64,000 nt of DNA from Paraspadella gotoi (lineage: Eukaryota > Animalia > Chaetognatha): positions 7,451,143 to 7,515,142 of the forward strand of contig CM119270.1 in NCBI GenBank assembly GCA_051294375.1, written 5' to 3'. How positions within the stretch are numbered: the first letter of the stretch is position 1; each line of letters starts with the position of its first letter. This document shows positions 53,701 to 64,000 of this stretch, in pieces. Below the pieces are notes generated by a model. It saw nothing but the letters and a program-made list of their open reading frames with translations, did not search any database and was not told where the DNA came from. A program made the translations under genes and the position numbers.

Positions 53701-54836
53701 GCCCCTGACTTTGGACAGGCTTTGGTGGTTTAAGGCTTCCATCAGTGTTCAAGTGTTAATCTAATTATGATAATTTTAAATTTTTTTAATTATAACACTG
53801 CAAATAAAAACAAAATATTTTTTTCTCACTTAATTTAAAATTCGATTACCTAAATATCAATTTTTTTGGGAAAAAAGGTCTAGCAAAGTTTTTAACTCTG
53901 TCTTTTGTCTGGGAAAGCTGCCTTTGCACCAAATTGTTTTGAGAGGTCGCTTTATACCGAGAGTGAGAGTGGAGCAAAGCTGAAAAAAAGCCCGAGCAAA
54001 AACAGTTGTCTGGAATCCTAAACAATTTCCACCAGCCAGTATTTTTGTTTTTTAATTTTTTAAATCATTTATAATAGAAATTGTATTTTTTTGTTTCAGT
54101 TGAAAAAATATTAATACAATTGATACAATGAAAATGTAAAAAAAAATAGAAAACAAATAATTAAGGGAAAGAAGAAAATGTCAGAAAATTAAAAAAAAAA
54201 AATTAAATAGAGAAGAAGAGAGAGTCTGTGACAATATTTTTTTCACTAGTCAATTTGGTTTATTATCTTGTCTTTTTTGTTTATTATTTTATTTATCAAT
54301 TTTATTTTTTCATATTTTTATTCTTTTGAGATTAAAAGAAAGATAGAGAAAGAGGACTCGATCCGCGACTTTCAGCTCCGTAGGTATCGCGGACTCCGAT
54401 CATTGAAGCCCGGAGTGCCGCGGGCGAGAGGGGAGAGAAGAAAAGAGAAGAGAAAGAATGACCCGTCGGGGTCAGGTTCGGGTTCAGGTCCGCGACTGAG
54501 CGCGGACGGGAGGAGAACAATAGCCGGCAGCGGAAAACAATTAGAGTGACCGAAATTGGGTCCGCGAACTTCAAGTATATGCCTCAAAGAAATAGGTAAT
54601 ACTTCTCTTCTAGTAAAATTGAATTTTAATAAATTCTGTTTTATTTTGTATTTTATTTACATGTACTACCTAGCTCATATCTTTTAAAAATCCAAAAGAA
54701 ATTCTTGGATGAGACAAAACACTTCTAATCCCCAGGAATTTTCCAGCGAAAATTCGAATCGAATGAAGTAATTATAACCGAGACAAGGAATCGAGTATGG
54801 AAGCGACTGGTGGACGAAAGCGATCGGCGAAACGGG

Positions 54837-54850
54837 CAGCGCCATCTGGC
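54837..54850 (-). promoter_or_regulatory. CTCF-like motif
   Basis: Minus strand GCCAGATGGCGCTG is a close match to the CTCF core. Motif match only. Confidence 0.4.
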
Positions 54851-54862
54851 TCATTTACATCC

Positions 54863-54908
<46 letters not shown>

Positions 54909-55355
54909 GAGAGAGAGAGAATCATTATAAATTCATTTTCACCAAGGAATATTTGGCTTCAATTGCATTGAATATTCTAAAAGATAAAAAACAATTTCAT
55001 GAGCTCAAACCTTTGGTGATTTTTTTCGCCGAATGAATATCAAATTATAAGTCAGAAAATTAACTTGTTTCATGTACATTAATATTTAAAAAAATCATAA
55101 ACTTTAAATCGTTGAATATTTTTTGCAAAGTTTTTATTTTTATTTTTTAACCATGGGGACAACTAAAAAAAAATAAAAAAAGAAAACAAAAGAAAAAAAA
55201 ACGAAAAAAAAAACGAGCCGATAGGTTTTACACTATTATTTGTTATTTATTAATAGACGTCTTAAACGGTATAAATTTTGTCCAGGCAAAGTTATAAAAG
55301 CAACATAAATATTTCAAAGTACATACGTTGCCGAAAGAAAGAGTAATAATATATT

Positions 55356-55448
<93 letters not shown>
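55356..55448. repeat. (GAC)n trinucleotide microsatellite
   Basis: Seen directly; similar (GTC)n at ~59102-59140 and ~58597-58627. Confidence 0.95.
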
Positions 55449-56108
55449 CACAACCTTCGTAAAGAGCGATTGTCTGCCGACGACGCTCGATAAATCTCAT
55501 CTTCGCCGCTTCTTCCGTTGCCGTGGAAACCGTTTCCGTGGAAACGATTTCCGCAAATCTGCGGTATTCCTCGAATCGAAAGCGCGCACTTCGCCTCCCA
55601 AAGCGAACGTTTATCTTTTTTTCTTCGGCCTGGATTTCATTGGCGTTTCTCGCTAGCTTCGCGAGTTGCAGCGTTAATCTTTGGATGAAAGGTCGCGCGT
55701 TCAAGACCCGTAAATGTTTTTTGATTTTTTTTTCTCAACACATGGGCGGTGAGACTTTTACTTCGCTTTCCTTCCTTACCTTCATTTCAGTCTCCCTTAT
55801 ATCCATTTTCAGAGTGGGAACCTTTTTAATACTAAAATTGTTTCGTTCAATCGTTTGTTTGTATCGCATTCGTTCATTGCATCGTCATTAGGTTCGTTCG
55901 TTCGTTTGCTCTGTTCGTTTATTCGCTTTTTTGTTCGTATGTTCCTCGGTTAATTCTTTCTCCCTCGTTTCCTCTCAATTTTCTGTTTCCGTCTGTTTCA
56001 ATTTTCTCTTTTTCCGAGACTCGGAAAAGAAAAGATTATCTTTGTTTACGAAAGAAATAAAATCAAATTACGTTTACGAAAAAGTTTCTCTCTCTCTCTC
56101 TCTCTACT

Positions 56109-56168
<60 letters not shown>

Positions 56169-56888
56169 TCTCTCTCTCTCCTAGGAAGAGTTTCTCTTTT
56201 CAACAAAAATGTGACCCATTTTCTGACCAATTTCCCCTCGAATGTTAATTGAAAAATGAAGAGACAGAGAGTAAGCGAGAGTGAAAAAGAGCGGAGATGA
56301 GGAGAGGAAAAAATTCTAATTTTTGTTGATTAAACAAACAATAGATGCTAACATACGCTTTCCACAGCTGCGAATCGCTCAAACTTCTTCCCTCTTCTCT
56401 CTCTCCTCCTCTTCTCCTACTCTCTCTCTCTCTCTCTCGTCTTCTCTCTCTCTCCTCTCTTCTCTCTCTCTCTCTCTCATCTTAGAATGAATTTTTAGGA
56501 TTATTGAGCCTTGCCGGTCTTTGTTTTTTTATCTTTTTCCATTGTTCCGCTTCTCTTTTTATTTAATGAACAAATTTGTAGAATTTCGCAAAGATTTGAG
56601 GTCAAGCATTTGTTTCAATTATAACTTCCCTTGTCTTTTCTAATTTAAAATTGGAACGACCAATGTAAAAAATTATTCATTGATTCAATAAATAAGGATA
56701 GTGTTCGGCGATTAAATAAATGAACAATTTGATAATGCATCACTCATTTAAAATTTACATAAAATTATTTCATCAATATTCTTAATTGCGTACATTTTTA
56801 AGTATATATATATATATATCTAATTACGAACATTCTTAGTCAGTAATCAGTGACTAGTCACATAAATCCACTTTTCACGTAAATATGT

Positions 56889-56959
56889 CGTGGCGTGGTC
56901 CCCTTTCTACTGACGCAGCGTGGCGTGGTCTCTTTTCTTCCGACGCGGCGTGGCGTGGC
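56889..56959. repeat. 30-bp tandem repeat, ~2.4 copies
   Basis: CGTGGCGTGG at 56889, 56919 and 56949. Confidence 0.8.
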
Positions 56960-58594
56960 AAACCACGGTACTCGAGACGTCGACGTGAAATGTTGGTGAC
57001 GTTTTGTTTGCGAGGTGTTGACTGTTGCCTTGACGACCTTTCAGTAAGACGACGACGACGACGACTACGAAGACGACGACGACGACGACGACGACCACTA
57101 CGAAGACGATGACAACTGTCGACTTGGAACGACGTCCAGTCGCCGACGTCAATGGAAGAAATAAATACCTTAAGGGATTTAAGAAAGGAGAAAGTGATGG
57201 TAGAAGGGAAAGGAGGAAATAAGGAGAAGGTCCAACGTATGACGGAAAAAAGTGAAAGGAAAAGATAAAGGAAAAGGAGAAATAAAGAATAAAATCAAAA
57301 CGGAGAGACAGAGAGAGGATGAGCAGTATATGTAAATGATTGTTTTGTGGGGCTCAATGAATGAATAAAAGAATGAATGAATGAATGAATGAATCAATCC
57401 ATGAATCAATGAATCAATGAAGCTTTATTAATGGATTAACTAATTAATTAATTTTTACCAATTTCTACTAATCAGCCTGTCCATATCTAAAGTGAACAAG
57501 TGGATGGCAAAACAGTGAGCCAGGAGTCTGGCAGTGAAATCGTAAAGAAAAANNNNNNNNNNNNNNNNNNNNNNNNNNNNNNNNNNNNNNNNNNNNNNNN
57601 NNNNNNNNNNNNNNNNNNNNNNNNNNNNNNNNNNNNNNNNNNNNNNNNNNNNNNNNNNNNNNNNNNNNNNNNNNNNNNNNNNNNNNNNNNNNNNNNNNNN
57701 NNNNNNNNNNNNNNNNNNNNNNNNNNNNNNNNNNNNNNNNNNNNNNNNNNNNNNNNNNNNNNNNNNNNNNNNNNNNNNNNNNNNNNNNNNNNNNNNNNNN
57801 NNNNNNNNNNNNNNNNNNNNNNNNNNNNNNNNNNNNNNNNNNNNNNNNNNNNNNNNNNNNNNNNNNNNNNNNNNNNNNNNNNNNNNNNNNNNNNNNNNNN
57901 NNNNNNNNNTATACGTGCACAAAGGGAGCGTCAAAGACAGCAGCAGACAGAAGACAGGACAGAGCGATCTGCACCAAAAACAATGCAAGAGAGAAGAGAT
58001 GAGAGTAGATGAAGAGAGACGAAGAGAGAGAGAGGAGTAGAGAGAGATGAGAGAGAGAGAGAGAGAGAGAGGAGCCAAAAACAATGAGAGAGATGGAGTA
58101 AGCGACACTCGATTAATTAAGAGAGGATAAAAGCTTCGTCGTTCGCCGTTCGGGCGTCGAACTCGGGCGGATGTTGTAGTTGTTGTTGTCGTTGTTGTTT
58201 TTGTCTTCGTTCTTTGTTAGTTGTTTTGGTCGGGAGGTTTTTTAAGGTTTAAACCTATTTGTTTACACTTGATACGAAGATTTGTTTCTCGCTGTGTCTG
58301 TCTTTCTTTCTTATCCTTCTTTCTTTCTTCTATCTTTTTATTTCTCTCTCTCCCTTTCAGAAAGAAATACTCTCTCTCATGAATCTATATAACAAAGATG
58401 ATATCGCCATAATCCTACATACTATAGTAAAGTAAGAAAAAAATAAAGAACACAAAAAGCACAACAGCAACAACAACAACAACAACAAAAACAACAACAA
58501 CAACTAGCTAATTCGGGTCGACGAATTCAACGTCGAATTCTTTTGACCTCGAATCGTGGATTCGGTCGAGAGGAAACAAGACATCCGTGAAGGG

Positions 58595-58628
<34 letters not shown>

Positions 58629-59100
58629 TCCTTGTCGTCGCATCGTCGTCATCGTCTTCCTTGCATTTAGTAAGTATAGAAATCGTCTTTGTTATTGCAA
58701 GACGAAAATTTTCTTCCTGTTTCTTTTAAACCAAATACGTTGTAAAAATATTCGAAAAAGTGCGACAAAAAATTTGAACAAAAATGTACAATTATAACTT
58801 TTAAAACAAAAAAACATCGGGTTTTTAAATTTAATTTACAACCGCAACCCAGTAACGTTCGGGCTTTATATATGATTTAGATGATTTAAAAAAAAATTCA
58901 AATACAATATAATATGATAATTTATGTGTATACAAAATACAATATATCCATAGCTAAAGGATTAGATGGGAGACCAACTCAACTCTAGGGACAATGCTCG
59001 TACTGTTGCAAAGGTCTTCAATGTAAATAGATGTAACTCATTGTGTTGGACTTTCCTTAAAAGATTTTCCTTAAATTTGAAGGCTTGTGTGAGCCGTCGG

Positions 59101-59140
<40 letters not shown>

Positions 59141-59244
59141 GGCGCGTGTCCGTCCTGTCGTCGGCTCGTGCGCGACCGTGACTAATTTACTCCTTCTCAC
59201 CGAATGCGACGGTTAATCATATCCGTGTCCTGTCACGATGTGGG

Positions 59245-59275
<31 letters not shown>

Positions 59276-59693
59276 ACTCTCTCTCTCTCTCTTCTCTCAT
59301 TCTCTCGCTCTCTCTCTCTCTCTTCTCTCTTCTCTCTCTCTCTCTCTCTTGCATCTCTTTTCTTGTTTGCTTTTCTCTCGTTTATAGTGATTTTTGTTTC
59401 TCTCTCTTTTCTTCTTCTTTTTTCTCTCTCTTCCCGTCGTAATCATCCTCTCTTGTACTGCTCTTCCTCTACACTTACATTTCCACATCACAACCGCCGC
59501 AAAGTGTCACCAACTTCTGACGATTTTCGATTCAGAATGAGAAAGTAAAAACAAAATGGAAAATTTAATTTAAATATATAAAGCATATAATGTAGAACAC
59601 ATCACAACTACTGATTATATTTGAAACATTTCTCAAAAGTATGTCAGAATTTCCTAGCAATTAATTTCAAGTAAAAAAAAACTGCTGATTTAT

Positions 59694-59946
59694 TCAGCAT
59701 GCTCTCCGCTCTCCGCTCTCCGCTTCCTGCATAAAACGCTGATACCGTAAATGACTCCAGAAAATTAAGCAAGTCTCTCTGTAGCCGACAGCTCCGTCAA
59801 GGACGCTTCCAACGAGACACCCGATGCCCTGGCCTCCGTGGCTGGAAACTCCGCCGACCAACCCCTGCAGGGTCGCGCCGAGTCCAGTAGGGGCGAGCAC
59901 GTTCGCGTAGGAAGCTGAGGTTGTCCAGCTCAGAGCGAAGGCTAGG
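59694..59946 (-). pseudogene. Diverged duplicate of the MFSD6-like terminal exon with a frameshift (alternative last exon or pseudo-exon)
   Basis: CAG acceptor (59949-59947), same phase 2. Reads SLAFALSWTTSASYANVLAPTGLGATLQGLVGGVSSHGGQGIGCLVGSVLDGAVGYRETCLI, paralogous to 61470-61173. Homology resumes in another frame (SGVIYGISVLC) after a 20-nt deletion. Confidence 0.8.
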
Positions 59947-60118
59947 CTGAGAGGTGAAGAAAATTCGTGATGATAAGTAGTATATAGTATATAGTATATA
60001 GGTACGACATTATATATAGGTTGTCAACGTCTATATGTGTAATAATCCTTTCTTTTTGTTGTGACGTAGATTAGAGACAAAGCTTGAGTATTGGCAACAA
60101 CAATTTATTTTCAGAAGA

Positions 60119-60176
60119 AACGTACATGTTTCGGCTCTATGTACAATTGTACATTGTACAAGCCTTCATCAGCGTC
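60119..60176 (-). ncRNA. Minimal type I hammerhead ribozyme of Penelope-like-element type
   Basis: Minus strand GACG-CTGATGA-A-GGCT(TGTACAAT GTACA ATTGTACA TAG)AGCC-GAA-ACATGT-A-CGTT: intact core boxes, stem II, palindromic stem III, GUA cleavage triplet, 4-bp stem I. Confidence 0.75.
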
Positions 60177-61172
60177 AACCTAATTAAAACTTCTGAAAAT
60201 AAAAATAAACTCTAAACTCTATCTTTAACCGTTCTAACTCATAATTGGAAAGAAAGGGATATGAGAATGCTTAAGAGGAGAAGTTCCAAAGTAAATAAGT
60301 TTAATAAGGAAAATTCCACATTTGTTATGTCTTGCCTTTGGAGAAAAAAAAAATGAAATGTTGCAATATAATTTTTCCGAAAAATCTTGGTGGATATTTC
60401 AATTTAGAAATTAAAATTGATACTTTGATATCAGAAAAAATGTGTACTAACCCTGCCTTTTCCGTGAATTTCGACAGTAGCTAATTCACAATTAACTTAA
60501 GTTTGACCTGTATCATCAATCATAATGATCACCCATGCTGATAATAAGCTGAACTGACAAATCGTCAAATCCTTTGGTAAACATTCATCGTTTCTTTATA
60601 TTCTTGACAACATCTATTTCAGAGAAAATGAGTAACATTGATATCCAAGTACGTATAGAAGCTGGAACTAAACTAGACAAATGTTGGAAAAAAAAGTAAC
60701 AAAAATACAACAACAAAGTATGATAGGGCAGACAACGTTTGATCAAAGTTGATTCATTAAGTTTTTAAACAGAGCATATATATTATTTAAATAAATCATA
60801 TTCAGTAACACTGATACAAATTTAAAACTTTATAACAAATGTTTAAATGTATTGTTTCTTTTCTATACTCATATATTCTAAAATTAATAAATAATAAATA
60901 ATTAAATTAATGTATTATTATGAAATTGGTACAACCAATATAAAAATTATCCATTCATTTAATAAATAAGCTATCTTATATAATTATTGTATGCACTCGA
61001 GTCAATTTTTTTATGATTTATAAATAATAAATAATAATAACTTCAGTTATTAATAGTTAATGTCAGTTACTGTAAAAATGTTTGTATATTTGATGAAAAA
61101 AAATTAACAATGATCAAATTACTGAAATACATTAATTGTAAGACAATTGTAAGATAAAGCAAATATTGCTAT

Positions 61173-61470
61173 CTATTCATCATCGGACGTTTTTGGATAA
61201 TTTTCACTCTCTTGTTGTTCTTCCTCGTTTTGGCATAATGTGATGACACCATAAAAAACTCCAGAAAAAAATGAGATGTACGCAAAAACCAAAAAAGTGT
61301 CTCGAATACCAATGGCTCCATTGAGAATGCCCCCTGTGAAACAAGCAATGCTTTGGCCTCCACCGCTATAAACCGCCAAGACCAACCCTTGCAGGGTTGC
61401 ACCATGTCCAGCGGGAGCAATGATATTGGCATAGGAAGTTAAGGTTGCCCAGCTCAGTGCAAAGGTCAAA
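61173..61470 (-). CDS. MFSD6: MFSD6-like MFS transporter, terminal exon (TM10-12)
   Basis: CAG acceptor, phase 2. Reads SLTFALSWATLTSYANIIAPAGHGATLQGLVLAVYSGGGQSIACFTGGIL...SDDE*. Symbol is family level only. Confidence 0.88.
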
Positions 61471-61581
61471 CTGTGGGGAGGTGAGAAACAACACTTTTTT
61501 TGCATTTATTACGTATTACAGGTTTAGTATATCTTAGAAATATTATGATATTGTTTGCCTTGAAATTTTTGGCAGATGAAC

Positions 61582-61713
61582 CTGTTCAGTAATTCGATGG
61601 GAAGAACAACCCAAGCATATTTGATGAAGAAATATGCATTAAAGCGAGCGAAACTCGCAAAGAGAGAGAGAATTAGACAGAAATTGTTTCCAAATTTTAA
61701 GTTGAAAGCGCCA
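61582..61713 (-). CDS. MFSD6: MFSD6-like transporter exon
   Basis: Reads SGAFNLKFGNNFCLILSLFASFARFNAYFFIKYAWVVLPIELLN (MFSD6 W.VLPIELL motif). TAG acceptor, GTTCAT donor, phase 2/2. Confidence 0.85.
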
Positions 61714-61815
61714 CTAAAAATAATATGTATGATATAAATGAATAAAATACGTATGTGAATATAAAAATATAGATAAAATATCATCGGTTCTTTCCTATAA
61801 TTTTGTGGCAATTAC

Positions 61816-62119
61816 CTAAATTGAAACATCACAAATTCGGCCAAAGTCCCTGTGGCAATGGCCAACCCCATCTGCTCTTGCGAGGCATGCAATACGGTTT
61901 CAAGATAAAGTTCTTGGTAACAGGCCAAGTATGAGGACACACCACCGCTTATCAGTATTACGAACAGAAAGGTAAGCACTCGCCAGTTACGAAGCAGTAT
62001 CAATAACTGCTGATTAGAAGATAACGTTATAGCAAGAACTTCATTGCTTGTCTCGGTTCTTGTCTCGGATGAAAAGTCCTCCGCGATTGAATCATTTAAG
62101 AGTGGAGGAGATATTGGTT
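61816..62119 (-). CDS. MFSD6: MFSD6-like transporter exon
   Basis: Reads EPISPPLLND...LLILLRNWRVLTFLFVILISGGVSSYLACYQELYLETVLHASQEQMGLAIATGTLAEFVMFQF. CAG acceptor, GTAATT donor, phase 1/2. Confidence 0.85.
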
Positions 62120-62392
62120 CTGAAGAAATGAGAAAATCAAGAGAGACATTTTTTTTTACCTAAATCTTAGTGCTTTAACAGCAAAAAAAAAAAAACTTTA
62201 TTATATGAAATTGGTACAACCAATATATTACAGATTAGAATACATGTTACCTTATTCACTTTTTTTGTTTGAATATTGTTTATGTCATAATTTTGACAAT
62301 TTTTTTTAACTTTTCAAAGATAATAAAGTGGCCATTGGACGAAATATAAAAGATGCTCAAATTCGTAGGTATATACTGCAGTACTTTCCTAC

Positions 62393-62512
62393 CTTCATCA
62401 CTGGATGGAATTTTGAGTAACACGATGCAAATTATTACGGGAATCGTAAATGCGGCTGACAAATGAATGCGGAGCCAAAAGGAATTTGAAATTGGTCCCA
62501 GATTATTCATTC
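62393..62512 (-). CDS. MFSD6: MFSD6-like transporter exon
   Basis: Reads GMNNLGPISNSFWLRIHLSAAFTIPVIICIVLLKIPSSDE. CAG acceptor, GTAGGA donor, phase 1/1. Confidence 0.8.
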
Positions 62513-62727
62513 CTGCAAGATATTGGTTTTAAATTGTCAATTCTATTTTAGTCGGAACATCAAATTATGATAAATTATGCAAAAAAAAAAAAAATTATGT
62601 CGGTCCGTCTGTCTGTCTGTCTGTTTGAGTGACCGTCCCACCTTATCAAAAAACTGCAATTACTCGTGATTGGATGGATTGAATGTCCCACTAATTAAAA
62701 TGAAAGTCACGTTTAAAAGCAACCTAC

Positions 62728-63040
62728 CGAATCCAGCAACGGCAGAAAAAATCATGAAGCCAAAGGTTCCCCACATTCGTTGTCTTCCATAGTTTTGGGC
62801 CAACTCTGAACCCAGAACTTTAAATGTGAAGGAATCTATCAATGCCTGTGATGGAGTTCCCAAAGCTGTTAAGGATACAATGATCACCAGAGTTGCCCAA
62901 AAGGTGGCATCGACTGAAGAGCTGGTTGGAGCAGAAGTAGAGAGAAACTTGGTCGAGTTGTCGGCATGATGAAAGTGATCCACTATTTGAAAACACTCAT
63001 ACACTGCGATGCGTAGCACAAGACAAAAACCCAACACTAC
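62728..63040 (-). CDS. MFSD6: MFSD6-like transporter exon (upstream exons lie outside the window)
   Basis: Reads VVLGFCLVLR...TPSQALIDSFTFKVLGSELAQNYGRQRMWGTFGFMIFSAVAGF (YG.QR.WG family motif). Donor GTAGGT, phase 1; acceptor gives exon start 63040 or 63036. Confidence 0.85.
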
Positions 63041-63329
63041 CTTGATGGATAAATTTAGTTTAAATATATATATTCATATACTATATTATATATAAATTTA
63101 TAAATTGTATACGTGTAATGTCAAAGTTTAATTATTTGTTTGCGCAACAAAAATTATATATGTATATGTATTAGAGCGTTCAAATATAACAAAATATAAG
63201 ATATTAAATTCCATTCATAATTATTTTACTGTAATAAGGTCTTAAAAATTCTATGGTGATGACCATTTTTTTGTATAATTTCATCTTTCTTGTCGGATAT
63301 GACGATTTTTAATGTATATAACATGTTAA

Positions 63330-64000
63330 TAAAATAGGGCAAACATTATAAGTTATGATAAATCAAATTATTAAATTTTTCAAAAATTTACATGAGCTTT
63401 TGAAATATAAAAATAAAGACCTATAAAAATATTTTGGTAAATTTATTTCTCAATTTTATGTTTTATTAAAAGTAAGTTAGCTATATTTATTAATAATTAT
63501 AATTAAAAATTAGGCTAAAGTTAAAAAATAATAATTTAAAAATTTGTATCCCGGAATCGCATTCCTTGCAAAAAGTTGATATAAGAAAATATAATTTTTA
63601 TTGAAAAATTATGCCATTAAGTTAGTCAAAATTTAGAAAAACTATAATTTTAAGCCAAAAATGGTAAAATTAAACAAAAATAATAGTTTTTAACATTTTT
63701 AACCAACTTAATGAAAGAATTTGTTAAAATAGATTTTACTTTCTTATATCAACTTATTGCAAGGAATTCAAATCTGGTTTTATAATTTCAAAATATTTAT
63801 TTTTTCACTTTAGCCTATTTTTAACTACTAATTATTAATAAATATAGCTAACAAGCTGTTAATAAAATATAAAATTTTTAAATAAACTTACCAAAATATT
63901 TTTATGGGTCTTTATTTTCATATTATATAAGCTAAATATGAATTTTATAAAATTTTAATAATTTTAGTTTCTCATACTCTACAATGGTTGCGCCATTTTA
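63330..64000. mobile_element. Older AT-rich foldback/MITE-like inverted repeat in an MFS intron (runs off the window)
   Basis: ~63330-63600 is an imperfect reverse complement of ~63727-64000 (TTAGCTATATTTATTAATAATTA / TAATTATTAATAAATATAGCTAA; AGTTGATATAAGAAA / TTTCTTATATCAACT). Confidence 0.7.

Noticed and set aside
58510-58570. Cluster of short palindromes (GAATTC...GAATTC; GACC.CGAATC..GATTCGGTC)
   Set aside because: Short stems with no recognisable RNA family or repetition elsewhere in the window.

Overview
AT-rich, intron-containing animal genomic DNA from a gappy draft assembly, dense in microsatellites ((GA)n, (AAAG)n, (GAC)n). Two protein-coding loci are supported. (1) Plus strand, 1-4813: three exons encode TM2-TM4 of an MS4A/CD20-like four-TM domain plus a Cys-every-4th-residue segment. 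They splice in frame (all GT-AG, phases consistent) onto a divergent TRPC-family cation channel. This suggests an MS4A-TRPC fusion protein (at least 1014 aa visible, 5' end outside the window). (2) Minus strand, 61173-63040: the 3' part of an MFSD6-like MFS transporter. Downstream lies a diverged duplicate of its terminal exon (59694-59946) with a frameshifting 20-nt deletion, and a Penelope-type minimal hammerhead ribozyme sits between the two copies. Also present: a ~2.07-kb non-autonomous Tc1/mariner-type foldback element with ~820-bp TIRs and a TA target duplication, an older foldback at the right edge, minisatellites and CTCF-like motifs. The central ~52 kb has no credible gene and includes stretches that look like unpolished long-read gap fill. 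All calls are by-eye readings; no searches were run.
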